Shown here in pieces: positions 40,151 through 49,705 of a DNA stretch of 53,039 nucleotides (position 1 is the first letter of the stretch; every line of letters starts with the position of its first letter). The notes beneath the pieces are model-generated. The model had not been told where the DNA came from. It saw only the letters and a program-made list of their open reading frames with translations, and ran no database searches. The translations under genes and the position numbers were made by a program. The stretch spans positions 1-53,039 of the forward strand of contig CAYFQP010000051.1 of the NCBI GenBank assembly GCA_964345375.1. Reading direction: 5' to 3'. This DNA comes from an uncultured Gammaproteobacteria bacterium. GTDB taxonomy: Bacteria; Patescibacteriota; Microgenomatia; CAYFQP01.

Positions 40151-41824
40151 ATGGTTAAAAGATTTTTAAAAAACGGAAGACTGATTTTACTTCGTCGTCA
40201 AAGCAATATTCTTTCCGCTGCTTTTGTGATTATGGTGACGGTTTTTGCCTCTCGAATCTTAGGTTTAATTCGTGATCGACTTTTGGCAGGAGCCTTTTTT
40301 GGCGGTAATGAATGGCAGTTAGATGTTTATTTTGCTGCCTTTCGAATTCCCGATATTATTTTTCAACTTTTGGTCATTGGCGCCCTTTCTGCTGCTTTTA
40401 TTCCTGTTTTTAGTGAATATTTAACTAAGAATGAGGAAGAAGCCTACCGGGTTAGTTCTTCAGTGATTAATATTGTTCTCTTTTTCTTTTTTATTTTAGC
40501 AATCCTTGTTTTTTTTCTAGCTGAGCCCCTCTCGCGGCTAATTGCCCCTTCTTTTTCCTCAGAGCAAATTGGCTTAATGGTTAATCTGACCAGGATTATG
40601 CTTTTGGCCCAGTTTTTCTTTTGTTTTTCTAATTTTCTAACCGGAGTGATCCAGTCACACCAGCGATTTTTGGTTCCGGCCCTTTCACCCGTTGCTTATA
40701 ACTTAGGGATTATTTTTGGAATTTTATTTCTTGTTCCAGTTTGGGGTATTTATGGACCAACTTTTGGGGTGGTTGTGGGAGCGGTTCTCCATCTTCTTGT
40801 TCAGTTGCCTTTAGCTATTAAACTGGGTTTTACCCACCAGTTTAATATTTGGGAATTTAGCCATCCAGGCGTAAGGGAAATTGCCCGGTTAATGTTGCCT
40901 CGGACTTTGGCCTTGGCAGTTAGCCAGATTGAGGCAACTGTGGCGGTCTTTTTGGCCACCTCCTTGGTGGCTGGTTCGCTTTCAATCTTTTATTTCGCCC
41001 AGCATTTAATGAATGTTCCTGTTGGCCTTTTTGGAGCCACGATTGGTCAGGCGGCTCTACCTTCTTTAGCTCGAGAAACTGCTTTTAAAGAAGCAGCCAA
41101 TTTCAGAAAAATTTTTACTAACTCTTTATTTCAAATTCTCTTTTTAGTTTTACCGGCAACCGCTATTCTTCTAATCTTAAGAGTGCCAGTTGTCAGATTA
41201 GCCTTTGGTACCAAGAATTTCCCCTGGCAGGCGACTATTCTTACTGGTAGAATCCTGGCCTTTTTTAGTTTAGCGATTGTTTGTCAAAGCCTGATTCAGA
41301 TTTTAGTGAGAGGTTTTTACGCTCTTCATGACACTAAGACTCCATTAGTAATTGGCTCAATTGCTGTTTTAACCAATGTTATCCTGAGTGTTTATTTTAT
41401 TTTTAGCTTAGATTCAGGGGTGGTTGGTCTAGCAATCGCCATCTCTTTAGCAAGCTTTCTTCATCTTTTCTTCCTTTATCTTCTTCTTAATAAAAAAATC
41501 GGTGGTTTAATAGAAAAAAGAATAATTTTTCGTTTATTAAAGATGTTAGTAGCGACTTTCTTTACCCTCGTTTTTCTTTGGGTGCCGATGCGATTTCTTG
41601 ATCGTTTTATTCTTGATACCACCCGGACGATTAATTTAATTATTCTTACTGTCATTACCACCTTGGTCGGTTTGTTAGTTTATGTGGCTTTAGCCTATCT
41701 TTTAAGAATTGACGAATTGGCTGAATACCTCTCTTTGGTTAAAAGATTAGGTAAGTGGCGTCAGGTATTGGAAGAATCAGAAGAGGTAATCGAAGTTCCT
41801 TCTCGGGCCCAACCTTTATCCTAA
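40151..41824 (+). CDS. murJ: lipid II flippase MurJ (MviN)
   Basis: SRILGLIRDRLLAGAFFG, FRIPDIIFQLLVIGALSAAFIPVF, 14-TM MOP-family architecture. Confidence 0.9.
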   Translation: MVKRFLKNGRLILLRRQSNILSAAFVIMVTVFASRILGLIRDRLLAGAFFGGNEWQLDVYFAAFRIPDIIFQLLVIGALSAAFIPVFSEYLTKNEEEAYRVSSSVINIVLFFFFILAILVFFLAEPLSRLIAPSFSSEQIGLMVNLTRIMLLAQFFFCFSNFLTGVIQSHQRFLVPALSPVAYNLGIIFGILFLVPVWGIYGPTFGVVVGAVLHLLVQLPLAIKLGFTHQFNIWEFSHPGVREIARLMLPRTLALAVSQIEATVAVFLATSLVAGSLSIFYFAQHLMNVPVGLFGATIGQAALPSLARETAFKEAANFRKIFTNSLFQILFLVLPATAILLILRVPVVRLAFGTKNFPWQATILTGRILAFFSLAIVCQSLIQILVRGFYALHDTKTPLVIGSIAVLTNVILSVYFIFSLDSGVVGLAIAISLASFLHLFFLYLLLNKKIGGLIEKRIIFRLLKMLVATFFTLVFLWVPMRFLDRFILDTTRTINLIILTVITTLVGLLVYVALAYLLRIDELAEYLSLVKRLGKWRQVLEESEEVIEVPSRAQPLS

Positions 41825-41837
41825 GCTGTTTCACCTC

Positions 41838-41866
41838 TTGACAAAGATTAGCAGTTGTGATATAAG
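41838..41866 (+). promoter_or_regulatory. sigma70-like promoter TTGACA-17-TATAAG of the hrcA operon
   Basis: TTGACA 41838-41843, TATAAG 41861-41866. Confidence 0.55.
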
Positions 41867-41874
41867 AGTGCTAA
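41848..41874 (+). promoter_or_regulatory. CIRCE operator (HrcA binding site)
   Basis: TTAGCAGTT-N9-GAGTGCTAA versus consensus TTAGCACTC-N9-GAGTGCTAA. The right arm is perfect and the left arm matches 7/9. Overlaps the -10 box directly upstream of hrcA. Confidence 0.75.
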
Positions 41875-41896
41875 TTAAATTGAGCATAATCGAATC

Positions 41897-42628
41897 ATGG
41901 CTGAATTAACTGAAAGACAGATAAAGATTCTCAAAACAGTTGTTGAGGAATATATTGAGACAGCTGAGCCAGTCGGTTCTGAGACTCTAGAAAAGAAATA
42001 CTCCCTAGGTGTTTCTCCAGCAACAATCCGCAACGAAATGACTAGGCTGACTGAGGAAGGTTTTCTTCGTCAACCCCATACCTCTGCTGGCCGAGTACCA
42101 ACTTCAGTGGGCTTCAAATTTTATATTAACCAATTAATGGAGGAGAAGAAACCTTCAGTGACCGACGAAGTAGCAGCTAAAGAGGCAATTTGGGATTACC
42201 GCTATGAATTTGATCGTTTAATGAGAGAGGCGACTCGGGCTTTGGCTCAACAAACTAGGATGTTGGCAGTAGCCGCAACTAAGGAGGGTGATGTTTATTC
42301 AGCTGGCCACGCCCACATTCTTGATTTACCTGAGTTTTTTGACATTGACGTCACTAAAACCGTTCTCAATCTTTTGGATGAATTTAAAAGTCTACAGGCG
42401 CTTTTTGAAAAATCTTTTGGCGAAGACCCAGTCCACATTCTTTTGGGCGAGGATTTAGAGGAAGAATTTCTCCGACCTTGTGGAATGGTCTTTACTCATT
42501 TTGAGGCAGGGCCAAAACGCTCGGGAAATATTGGCGTGATTGGCCCTTGTCGACTTAATTATCCAACTGTTATCCCCACTATTCGCTATTTCGGTGAGTT
42601 GATTAACAAAATGGCCAAGGACTGGTAG
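41897..42628 (+). CDS. hrcA: heat-inducible transcription repressor HrcA (short form, 243 aa)
   Basis: LTERQIKILKTVVEEYIETAEPVGSETL...SPATIRNEMTRLTEEGFLRQPHTSAGRVPT winged-helix N-terminus. Operon position is before grpE-dnaK-dnaJ. Confidence 0.85.
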   Translation: MAELTERQIKILKTVVEEYIETAEPVGSETLEKKYSLGVSPATIRNEMTRLTEEGFLRQPHTSAGRVPTSVGFKFYINQLMEEKKPSVTDEVAAKEAIWDYRYEFDRLMREATRALAQQTRMLAVAATKEGDVYSAGHAHILDLPEFFDIDVTKTVLNLLDEFKSLQALFEKSFGEDPVHILLGEDLEEEFLRPCGMVFTHFEAGPKRSGNIGVIGPCRLNYPTVIPTIRYFGELINKMAKDW

Positions 42629-42638
42629 GAAAGGAAGA

Positions 42639-43067
42639 ATGGCGAAAAAAAAGGTTAAGAAGGTTGAGGGAAAACTTGAGGACTTTGAAAATCGTTTAAA
42701 GAGAGCCCTAGCTGATTATGCTAATTTAGAGAAAAGAGTTGAAAGAGAAAAAGAAGAGTTTATCAAGTTGGCTAACGCTCAATTATTAGATAAATTATTG
42801 CCGGTTTTGGATGATTTGGAGCTTTGTGAGAAACATCTTAGAGATAAGGGTATTTCTTTGATTCATAATCGGTTTCAAGAGGTTTTAGAGAGTGAGGGGT
42901 TAGAAGAAATAAAAGCTTTAGGCGAGAGCTTTGATCCCGAGACAATGGATTGTGTTGAGCTTATTGCCGGACCAAAAGATAAAGTCATCGAGATTGTTTT
43001 AAAAGGATATTTACTTAATAATAAAGTTTTAAGACCAGCCAAAGTTAAGGTTGGCCAAGGAAAATAA
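42639..43067 (+). CDS. grpE: nucleotide exchange factor GrpE (short, 142 aa)
   Basis: [19 protein letters not shown] coiled coil, [27 protein letters not shown]. Operon context supports the call. Confidence 0.8.
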   Translation: MAKKKVKKVEGKLEDFENRLKRALADYANLEKRVEREKEEFIKLANAQLLDKLLPVLDDLELCEKHLRDKGISLIHNRFQEVLESEGLEEIKALGESFDPETMDCVELIAGPKDKVIEIVLKGYLLNNKVLRPAKVKVGQGK

Positions 43068-43069
43068 AA

Positions 43070-44977
43070 ATGTCAAAAATTATTGGGATTGATTTAGGAA
43101 CTACAAATTCAGCTGTGGCTGTTATGGAAGCAGGTAAGGCTAAGGTAATTCCTTCAGCCGAAGGCAAGAATATTATTCCTTCAGTGGTCGAGCCAGTCAA
43201 GAATTTAGTCGGAGAGGTGGCCAAACGCCAGATGATTCTCAACCCTGAGAATACAGCTTATTCAGTCAAGCGATTAATGGGACGGAGATTTACTGATGCT
43301 GAAACTAAGAAAACCATCAAGATGGTTCCTTATGAGATTAAGTCCGGTAAAGATGGCATGGCGGTTATCCACATTGGTGGTAAGGATTATACTCCTCAGG
43401 AAATTTCTGCCAAGATTTTAACCAAGTGTAAAACTGATGCTGAAGCCTATTTGGGCGAAAAGGCCGAAAGAGCAGTAATTACCGTTCCAGCTTACTTTGA
43501 TGACTCCCAGAGACAGGCCACCAAACAAGCCGGTGAAATTGCTGGTTTAAAAGTCGAGCGGATTATTAATGAGCCAACAGCTGCTTCTTTAGCTTATGGT
43601 TTAGAAAAGAAAAAAGGAGAAACAATCGCTGTTTACGACTTAGGCGGAGGTACTTTTGATATTTCCATTCTCGAGATTGGCGAGGGTGTTTTCGAAGTTA
43701 AGGCGACTAATGGAGATACTCATCTTGGTGGCGATGATTTTGATCAGCGACTCCTTGATTACCTAGCTGATGAGTTTAAAAAGGAAAATGGGATTGATCT
43801 TCGAGAAGATAAACAAGCCCTTCAAAGATTAAGAGATGCAGCTGAAAAAGCAAAAATCGAACTGTCTTCTTCTCAAGAGACAGAGATTAACCAACCCTTT
43901 ATTACCCAGGGTAAGGATGGCCAACCTAAACATCTGACCATGAAACTAACCCGAGCCAAATTCGAACAGTTGGTTAACGACTTGATTGAGAAAACCATGG
44001 GTCCGGTTAAAGCCTGTATGAAAGATGCCAAGATGGAGACCAAGGACATTGATGAAATCATCTTAGTTGGCGGCATGACCCGAATGCCCAAGGTTTATGA
44101 GACAGTTAAAAAGTTCTTTGGTAAGGAACCGAATAAATCAGTTAATCCTGATGAGGTTGTTGCTGTTGGGGCAGCTATTCAGGGAGGAGTTCTTGGTGGT
44201 GAAGTTAAGGACATTCTTTTATTGGACGTAACTCCTCTGACTCTAGGGTTGGAAACTCTGGGTAGAGTGAGAACGCCTTTAATTGAAAGGAATACAACTG
44301 TTCCTACTTCTAAGTCCCAAGTTTTTTCAACCGCGGCTGATAACCAGACTCAAGTAGAAATTAATGTTCTTCAAGGAGAAAGGCCAATGGCAGCGGATAA
44401 CAAATCTTTGGGCCGATTCATTTTAGATGGTATTCCGCCAGCACCAAGGGGAGTGCCTCAGATTGAAGTCAGCTTTGATATCGATGCTAACGGAATTTTA
44501 AACGTTAAGGCAATTGATAAGGCAACTAATAAAGAGCAGTCAATTACGATTAAAGGCGCGGTTAGTCTGACTGACGAAGAGGTTAAGCAGGCTCAAGCAG
44601 AAGCAGAAAAACACGCAGCTGAAGACCAGAAGAAAAAAGAAATAGTTGAGACCCGCAATATGGCTGATAATTTAGTCTTTACGGCCGAGAAAACTTTAAA
44701 AGAAGCAGGCGATAAAGTTAAGAAAGAAGACAGAGAGAAGGTTGAGGAAGAGATAAAGAAAATAAAAGAAGTTCTGAAGAAAGAAGACGCCGCCAAAAGA
44801 GAGATTGAAGATTCAACTAAAATCCTTTCTGAAGCAATTCAGCAAGTTGGGGCAACGATGTATCAACAACAGCAAGCTCAACAAGCACCGCCAGCTGGTA
44901 AAGAAAAGAAAAAAGAGGGGAAGAAAGGAGAAGCTAAAGGCAAGGAAGATGCTGAAGAAGGGCAAGTGGTAGAATAA
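43070..44977 (+). CDS. dnaK: molecular chaperone DnaK (Hsp70)
   Basis: [29 protein letters not shown] and the full substrate-binding domain. Confidence 0.97.
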   Translation: MSKIIGIDLGTTNSAVAVMEAGKAKVIPSAEGKNIIPSVVEPVKNLVGEVAKRQMILNPENTAYSVKRLMGRRFTDAETKKTIKMVPYEIKSGKDGMAVIHIGGKDYTPQEISAKILTKCKTDAEAYLGEKAERAVITVPAYFDDSQRQATKQAGEIAGLKVERIINEPTAASLAYGLEKKKGETIAVYDLGGGTFDISILEIGEGVFEVKATNGDTHLGGDDFDQRLLDYLADEFKKENGIDLREDKQALQRLRDAAEKAKIELSSSQETEINQPFITQGKDGQPKHLTMKLTRAKFEQLVNDLIEKTMGPVKACMKDAKMETKDIDEIILVGGMTRMPKVYETVKKFFGKEPNKSVNPDEVVAVGAAIQGGVLGGEVKDILLLDVTPLTLGLETLGRVRTPLIERNTTVPTSKSQVFSTAADNQTQVEINVLQGERPMAADNKSLGRFILDGIPPAPRGVPQIEVSFDIDANGILNVKAIDKATNKEQSITIKGAVSLTDEEVKQAQAEAEKHAAEDQKKKEIVETRNMADNLVFTAEKTLKEAGDKVKKEDREKVEEEIKKIKEVLKKEDAAKREIEDSTKILSEAIQQVGATMYQQQQAQQAPPAGKEKKKEGKKGEAKGKEDAEEGQVVE

Positions 44978-44981
44978 TGAT

Positions 44982-45893
44982 ATGCCAGCAACGAGAGATT
45001 ACTACGATATCCTTGGAGTTTCCAAGAATGTTTCTAAAGACGAATTAAGAAAAGCTTACCGCAAACAGGCTTTAGAATGGCATCCAGATAGAAATAAATC
45101 CCCAAACGCAGAGAAGAAATTCAAGGAGATTAACCAGGCTTACGAGATTCTTTCTGATCCGGAAAAAAGGGCAGCCTATGATCAATTTGGTCATGCGGCT
45201 TTTCAACCTGGTGGTTTTCCTGGTGCTGGAGGAGCTGGTGGTCCTGGCGGTCCCTTCCCTGGTGGTGGCCAGACTTATACTTATAGAAAAGGACCTTTTA
45301 CTTATACCTATACTACTTATGGTGGCGGTGCGCCTGGTGGTATGCCTTTCGAGGGTTTAGGTTTTGATTTTTCTGATCCTTTTGAAATCTTTGAGCAATT
45401 CTTCGGCGGTGGCTCACCCTTCCGGAGTCGAGCCGCCCGGATGCCTCGTTATGGTTTAAGTATTACTTTCGATGAGGCGGTCCACGGTTGTGAGAAAGAG
45501 ATTAGCATTGATGGTAAGAAGCGAAAGATTAAGATTCCTGCTGGAGTAACTGATGGTTCAAGGATTAGATTTCAGGATTTCTATATTTCCATTGACGTCA
45601 AGCCTGACCCAGTTTTCAAGCGTGATGGTGATGATATTGTTGTTAATATGTTAGTCCCTTTAAGCACAGCTATTTCGGGAGGAATTATTGAAGTACCAAC
45701 AATTGATGGTGATCTCAAATTAAGAATCCGCTCGGGTACTCAATCAGGGACAATGATTCGTTTGCGAGGAAAAGGTGTCTCTCATCTACGAGGAAGAGGT
45801 CGAGGAGATCAATATGTCCGTATTCAAGTTCAAATTCCGGAAAAACCTAGCCGTAAACAAAAAGAGTTGATTAAAGAGTTTGAAGAAGGCTAG
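44982..45893 (+). CDS. dnaJ: DnaJ-family co-chaperone lacking the zinc-finger domain (class B / CbpA-like architecture)
   Basis: J domain with HPDRN, G/F-rich region, two C-terminal beta domains. No CxxCxGxG repeats anywhere in the ORF. Confidence 0.85.
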   Translation: MPATRDYYDILGVSKNVSKDELRKAYRKQALEWHPDRNKSPNAEKKFKEINQAYEILSDPEKRAAYDQFGHAAFQPGGFPGAGGAGGPGGPFPGGGQTYTYRKGPFTYTYTTYGGGAPGGMPFEGLGFDFSDPFEIFEQFFGGGSPFRSRAARMPRYGLSITFDEAVHGCEKEISIDGKKRKIKIPAGVTDGSRIRFQDFYISIDVKPDPVFKRDGDDIVVNMLVPLSTAISGGIIEVPTIDGDLKLRIRSGTQSGTMIRLRGKGVSHLRGRGRGDQYVRIQVQIPEKPSRKQKELIKEFEEG

Positions 45894-45904
45894 AGAGATC
45901 CTCA

Positions 45905-45933
45905 TTGACTTCTTGGGTATTTCTTGTTAAAAT
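45905..45933 (+). promoter_or_regulatory. sigma70-like promoter TTGACT-17-TAAAAT (extended: TGTTAAAAT) upstream of nusA
   Basis: TTGACT 45905-45910, TAAAAT 45928-45933. Confidence 0.55.
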
Positions 45934-45969
45934 TCCTTTAGATTAAGAGTTATTAAGAAGAAGGAAAAG

Positions 45970-45992
45970 AAGGTGGGGTGACCCACCTTTTT
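45970..45992 (+). terminator. intrinsic terminator-like hairpin plus U-tract in the nusA leader (candidate attenuator; also the only possible dnaJ terminator)
   Basis: AAGGUGGG-GUGA-CCCACCUU then UUUAAAU. The GC-rich core stem GGUGGG/CCCACC is followed by five U. ATG of nusA is 11 nt further on. Confidence 0.55.
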
Positions 45993-46003
45993 AAATAAGA
46001 AGA

Positions 46004-47092
46004 ATGGTTTATGTGCCCAAAACAGATTTTGCGACCGCCATTGCTCAGATTGCGGCTGAGCGGAGTATTGACCCTGAAGTGGTCAAGGGTTCTATTAAAG
46101 AGGCGGTTTTGGCTGCTTTTCGTCGTGATGCTCGGGAAAGAGGGGTTGAGATTTCTGACAAAGAAAACTATGAAGTTGAGATTGACTCCAATACTGGTGA
46201 TCCCAAGGTTTTTCAACTAGTAGGCAAGAAGAAGAAAGACGTTACTCCGCCAGGTTTCGGTCGAATTGCTGCCCAGACAGCCAAACAAGTTATTCTTCAA
46301 AAAATCAGTGAGGCTGAAAAATCCGCGATTTTAGATGAATATTCTAAACGGATTGGTACTCTAGTTTCAGGTATGATTCTCCGCTTTGAAGGTCCGAGAA
46401 TTATTATTGATATTGGTAAAGCCGAAGCAGTCATGCTACCTAAAGAACAGGTTCGGTCCGAAGGCTATAAACTCAATCAACGCCTAACCTTCTATCTTTC
46501 TGAAATTATTGAGGGTCCTCGAGGCAAACAGATTATTGCTTCTCGAGCCCACCCAGGTTTAGTTAAGGGACTCTTTCGACGGGAGGTACCTGAAGTATCC
46601 AGTGGAGCAGTTGAAATTAAGGCGATTGCTCGAGAACCAGGGGAAAGAAGTAAGGTGGCTGTTTTCTCCAACCGAGCAGGTATTGATCCAGTGGGTTCTT
46701 GTGTTGGCCAAAAAGGAGTCCGAGTTCAAGAAGTGATCAATGAATTAAACGGTGAAAAAATTGATATTATTCCCTGGAGTGAGGAATCAGAGAAATTTAT
46801 TGCCGCTGCTCTTTCTCCAGCTGAAGGTGTGTCAGTTAAAGTAGACAAGAAAAAGGAAGAGGCTAAAGTGACTGTTCCTGAAAGCCAACTTTCTTTAGCG
46901 ATCGGCAAAGAGGGCCAGAATGCCAGGTTAGCAGCTAAATTAACTGGTTTTAAGGTTGATGTTGTTGGCCCAGAGGGAAAGAAGACAGTAAAGGCTGAAG
47001 AAAAAAAGCCTAAAAAGAAAAAGGCCGGGAAGAAAGAAGAGGATAAAAAAGAAAAAAAGGTAAAAACCAAGAAGGAGTCAAGTGGAAAGTGA
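46004..47092 (+). CDS. nusA: transcription termination/antitermination factor NusA with Lys-rich C-terminal tail
   Basis: N-terminal AIAQIAAERSIDPEVVKGSIKEAVLAAF, S1 and two KH domains (GQKGVRVQEV, LAIGKEGQNARLAAKLTG), then a KKPKKKKAGKKEEDKKEKKVKTKK tail. Confidence 0.9.
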   Translation: MVYVPKTDFATAIAQIAAERSIDPEVVKGSIKEAVLAAFRRDARERGVEISDKENYEVEIDSNTGDPKVFQLVGKKKKDVTPPGFGRIAAQTAKQVILQKISEAEKSAILDEYSKRIGTLVSGMILRFEGPRIIIDIGKAEAVMLPKEQVRSEGYKLNQRLTFYLSEIIEGPRGKQIIASRAHPGLVKGLFRREVPEVSSGAVEIKAIAREPGERSKVAVFSNRAGIDPVGSCVGQKGVRVQEVINELNGEKIDIIPWSEESEKFIAAALSPAEGVSVKVDKKKEEAKVTVPESQLSLAIGKEGQNARLAAKLTGFKVDVVGPEGKKTVKAEEKKPKKKKAGKKEEDKKEKKVKTKKESSGK

Positions 47093-48531
47093 TGGTAAAA
47101 AAGATTATTTTATCAAGGCCACCGATTGTGGCTGTTCTTGGCCATGTTGACCATGGAAAAACCACGCTTCTGGACAAAGTTAGAAAGACGCGAGTTGCCC
47201 AAAAAGAAGCGGGGGGAATTACCCAGTCGATTGGTGCTTATCAAGTAGAATTTAAGGGTAAAAAAATTACCTTCGTTGACACTCCAGGCCACGCTGCTTT
47301 TTCCAAAATGAGAGCTCGAGGAGCCCAAGTAACCGATTTAGTTGTTTTAGTAGTCGCTGCTAATGATGGTGTTATGCCCCAGACAATTGAGTCCTTAGAG
47401 CACATTCGGGCAGCTAAAGTTCCCTTTTTGGTGGCGATTAACAAGATTGATCTCTCAGGAGCAGATCCGGAAAAGGTCAAGGAGCAATTAGCAGCTAATG
47501 ATGTTAAAGTCGAAGGTCATGGTGGTGAGATCGTTGCTGTCCCTGTCTCAGCCAAAACCGGCGAGGGAATAGAGGAATTAATGGAAATGATTCTACTCGT
47601 GGCAGAAATGGAAGAAATCAAGGCCGATGAAAAAGGTGAATTAGAAGCAGTGGTGATTGAGTCGAAAAAGGACAAACGGGGATCAGTAGGGACAGTAATT
47701 GTCAGAAACGGTACTCTTGGGATCGGTGATAAAATCGTGGTTGAAAAAGTACCGGCCAAAGTCAAAGGGATGATTGATGAGAAAGGAAAACCAGCTAGAG
47801 AGGCTAAGCCAGGTATGCCTGTTGAAGTTTTAGGCTTTACTGAAGTGCCCCCAGTTGGAGCTAGACTTACTCGGGTTGAAGAATTACCTGAAGCTCCTTC
47901 TTTTTCTCAACCAAAACCAGAGAGGATTCAATCAAAAGATAAAAAGTTAAGACTAGTCCTTAAAACCGATTCAATTGGATCTTTAGAGGCGGTTAAAGGA
48001 AGCTTGAGTGAAGAAGTCCTGCTTGTTCACGCAGGTGTTGGCGAGATCACTGAATCAGACGTTTTCTTAGCCAAGACTGCTAAAGCAGAAATCATCGGCT
48101 ATCGGGTTAAAGTTCCTCAAGCAATTATTAAATTAGGAGATGACGAAGGAGTCAAAATTAAAACTTATAACATTATTTATGAACTTTTAGATTACCTAGA
48201 GGAAAGAGTTTTAAAGGTTTTGGAGCCCTCAATTGATGAAGAAATTTTAGGAAAAGCAAAAATTATTGCCGAGTTCCAACGAGGTGAAGATAGAATCGCT
48301 GGTTGTCAAGTTCTTGAGGGTAAAATTAGAAAAAGAGATAATATTCGTTTCCAAAGAGACAGTCAATTTTTAGGTGAGGCCAAAATTACCTCAATGAAGC
48401 ACCAAAAAGAAAAAATTCAGGAAGCTAAGCAAGGAATAGAATTCGGAGCGATATTTTCGCCTCCGCTTGACTTCAAAGTTGGCGACATGGTAATATCCAC
48501 TAAGCCCATAGGAAAAACCGCAACAAAATGA
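47089..48531 (+). CDS. infB: translation initiation factor IF-2, minimal form (G domain to C2 only)
   Basis: [21 protein letters not shown]. The likely start is ATG 47092, overlapping the nusA TGA (TGATG). Confidence 0.9.
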   Translation: MMVKKIILSRPPIVAVLGHVDHGKTTLLDKVRKTRVAQKEAGGITQSIGAYQVEFKGKKITFVDTPGHAAFSKMRARGAQVTDLVVLVVAANDGVMPQTIESLEHIRAAKVPFLVAINKIDLSGADPEKVKEQLAANDVKVEGHGGEIVAVPVSAKTGEGIEELMEMILLVAEMEEIKADEKGELEAVVIESKKDKRGSVGTVIVRNGTLGIGDKIVVEKVPAKVKGMIDEKGKPAREAKPGMPVEVLGFTEVPPVGARLTRVEELPEAPSFSQPKPERIQSKDKKLRLVLKTDSIGSLEAVKGSLSEEVLLVHAGVGEITESDVFLAKTAKAEIIGYRVKVPQAIIKLGDDEGVKIKTYNIIYELLDYLEERVLKVLEPSIDEEILGKAKIIAEFQRGEDRIAGCQVLEGKIRKRDNIRFQRDSQFLGEAKITSMKHQKEKIQEAKQGIEFGAIFSPPLDFKVGDMVISTKPIGKTATK

Positions 48532-49355
48532 ATGGATCTCGTCCTTTTAATGAGCTTAAAGAACAACTAGGACCTGCCCGGAATCTCCTAATTGCCTTTC
48601 GCCAAAACCCTAATTTCGACCAAGTAGCTGCCTCTCTGGCTCTTTATTTGAGTCTGAAAAAGGCGGGCAAGAATGTTAGTATTGTTTCGCCTGAACCGAT
48701 GCGAGTCGAGTTTTCTCATCTGATTGGTGTTGACCAAGTGACTGATAACTTAGCAGGTGGCGATTTAGTCATTACCTTAGACTACCCAATTGAGAAAATC
48801 GATAAGGTGAGCTATAACGATGATGGAGGTAAGTTAAATTTGGTCGTTAAAGTTAAATCAGGCTCGCAACCAATTACTCAAAGACAGGCTATCTTTAGTT
48901 CTGGTGGTGGGGATTATGACTTGGTTTTCCTTGTCGGTATTAATCAGCCGCGAGATTTAGGCCAACTCCTTGGGAAAAACCAAGAGCTTATAGATAAAAG
49001 GACGGTCGTTAGTATTAATAATAGCTTAACTCAACTAGGCACAATCAGTTTTGTCAATGATCAGGCTTCAAGTTGCACTGAGATCGTCGCTAATATTATC
49101 CGGGTTTTGACCTTGCCAGTAGATGAAGATATTGGTTCCAATCTTATTCAAGGATTGAGGAAGGCAACTCATAACTTTGAGGATACCAAGGTTAACCCGG
49201 CCACTTTCGAAGCCGCCGCCTTTGCCATGAGAATGGGAGGGAGAAGGAGCCGAGATCTCTCACTGGCTCAAACTGAAAAGAGAAGGGGCAAAAAGAAAAA
49301 ACCAAGATCCGATTGGTTTGAGCCGAAAATTTATCGTGGCACCAGTATTAGTTAA
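48528..49355 (+). CDS. DHH-family (NrnA-like) domain protein with degenerate catalytic motifs and a basic C-terminal tail
   Basis: Aligns by eye with the NrnA N-domain: LLIAFRQNPNFDQVAASLALYLSLKKAGKNVSIVSPEP versus RPDPDAYGS...GTPEP; DLVITLD; VVSINNS in place of IDHH. No DHHA1/GGGH. ATGA overlap with infB. Confidence 0.5.
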   Translation: MNGSRPFNELKEQLGPARNLLIAFRQNPNFDQVAASLALYLSLKKAGKNVSIVSPEPMRVEFSHLIGVDQVTDNLAGGDLVITLDYPIEKIDKVSYNDDGGKLNLVVKVKSGSQPITQRQAIFSSGGGDYDLVFLVGINQPRDLGQLLGKNQELIDKRTVVSINNSLTQLGTISFVNDQASSCTEIVANIIRVLTLPVDEDIGSNLIQGLRKATHNFEDTKVNPATFEAAAFAMRMGGRRSRDLSLAQTEKRRGKKKKPRSDWFEPKIYRGTSIS

Positions 49356-49363
49356 TTTCCCCG

Positions 49364-49392
49364 TTGAAACAGGAATTGAACTATTCTATAAT
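49364..49392 (+). promoter_or_regulatory. sigma70-like promoter TTGAAA-17-TATAAT upstream of rpsO
   Basis: TTGAAA 49364-49369, TATAAT 49387-49392, followed by a 27-nt leader. Confidence 0.5.
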
Positions 49393-49419
49393 TGAAATAA
49401 TTGAGCCACGTTTTAACCC

Positions 49420-49689
49420 ATGACTTTAACTCCAGAGGAAAAAAAGAAAATCATCAAAAAATTCGCCCGTGGTGAAGGGGACACTGGCAGTCCTGAAATT
49501 CAGATTGCTCTTTTAACAGAAAAAATTGATCGTTTAACCAAGCATTTAAAAGAGCATAAAGGTGATACTCACTCTCGAAGAGGCCTTTTGGCAATGGTTT
49601 CTAAAAGGAGGAGGTTATTGAATTATTTAATGAAAAAAGAGAGTGAGCGCTACCAAAAGATAGTCAAAGCTTTAAACTTAAAGAAATAA
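49420..49689 (+). CDS. rpsO: 30S ribosomal protein S15
   Basis: [51 protein letters not shown], typical of S15. rpsO-pnp synteny supports the call. Confidence 0.92.
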   Translation: MTLTPEEKKKIIKKFARGEGDTGSPEIQIALLTEKIDRLTKHLKEHKGDTHSRRGLLAMVSKRRRLLNYLMKKESERYQKIVKALNLKK

Positions 49690-49705
49690 GTAGTATTTTG
49701 TAGTA

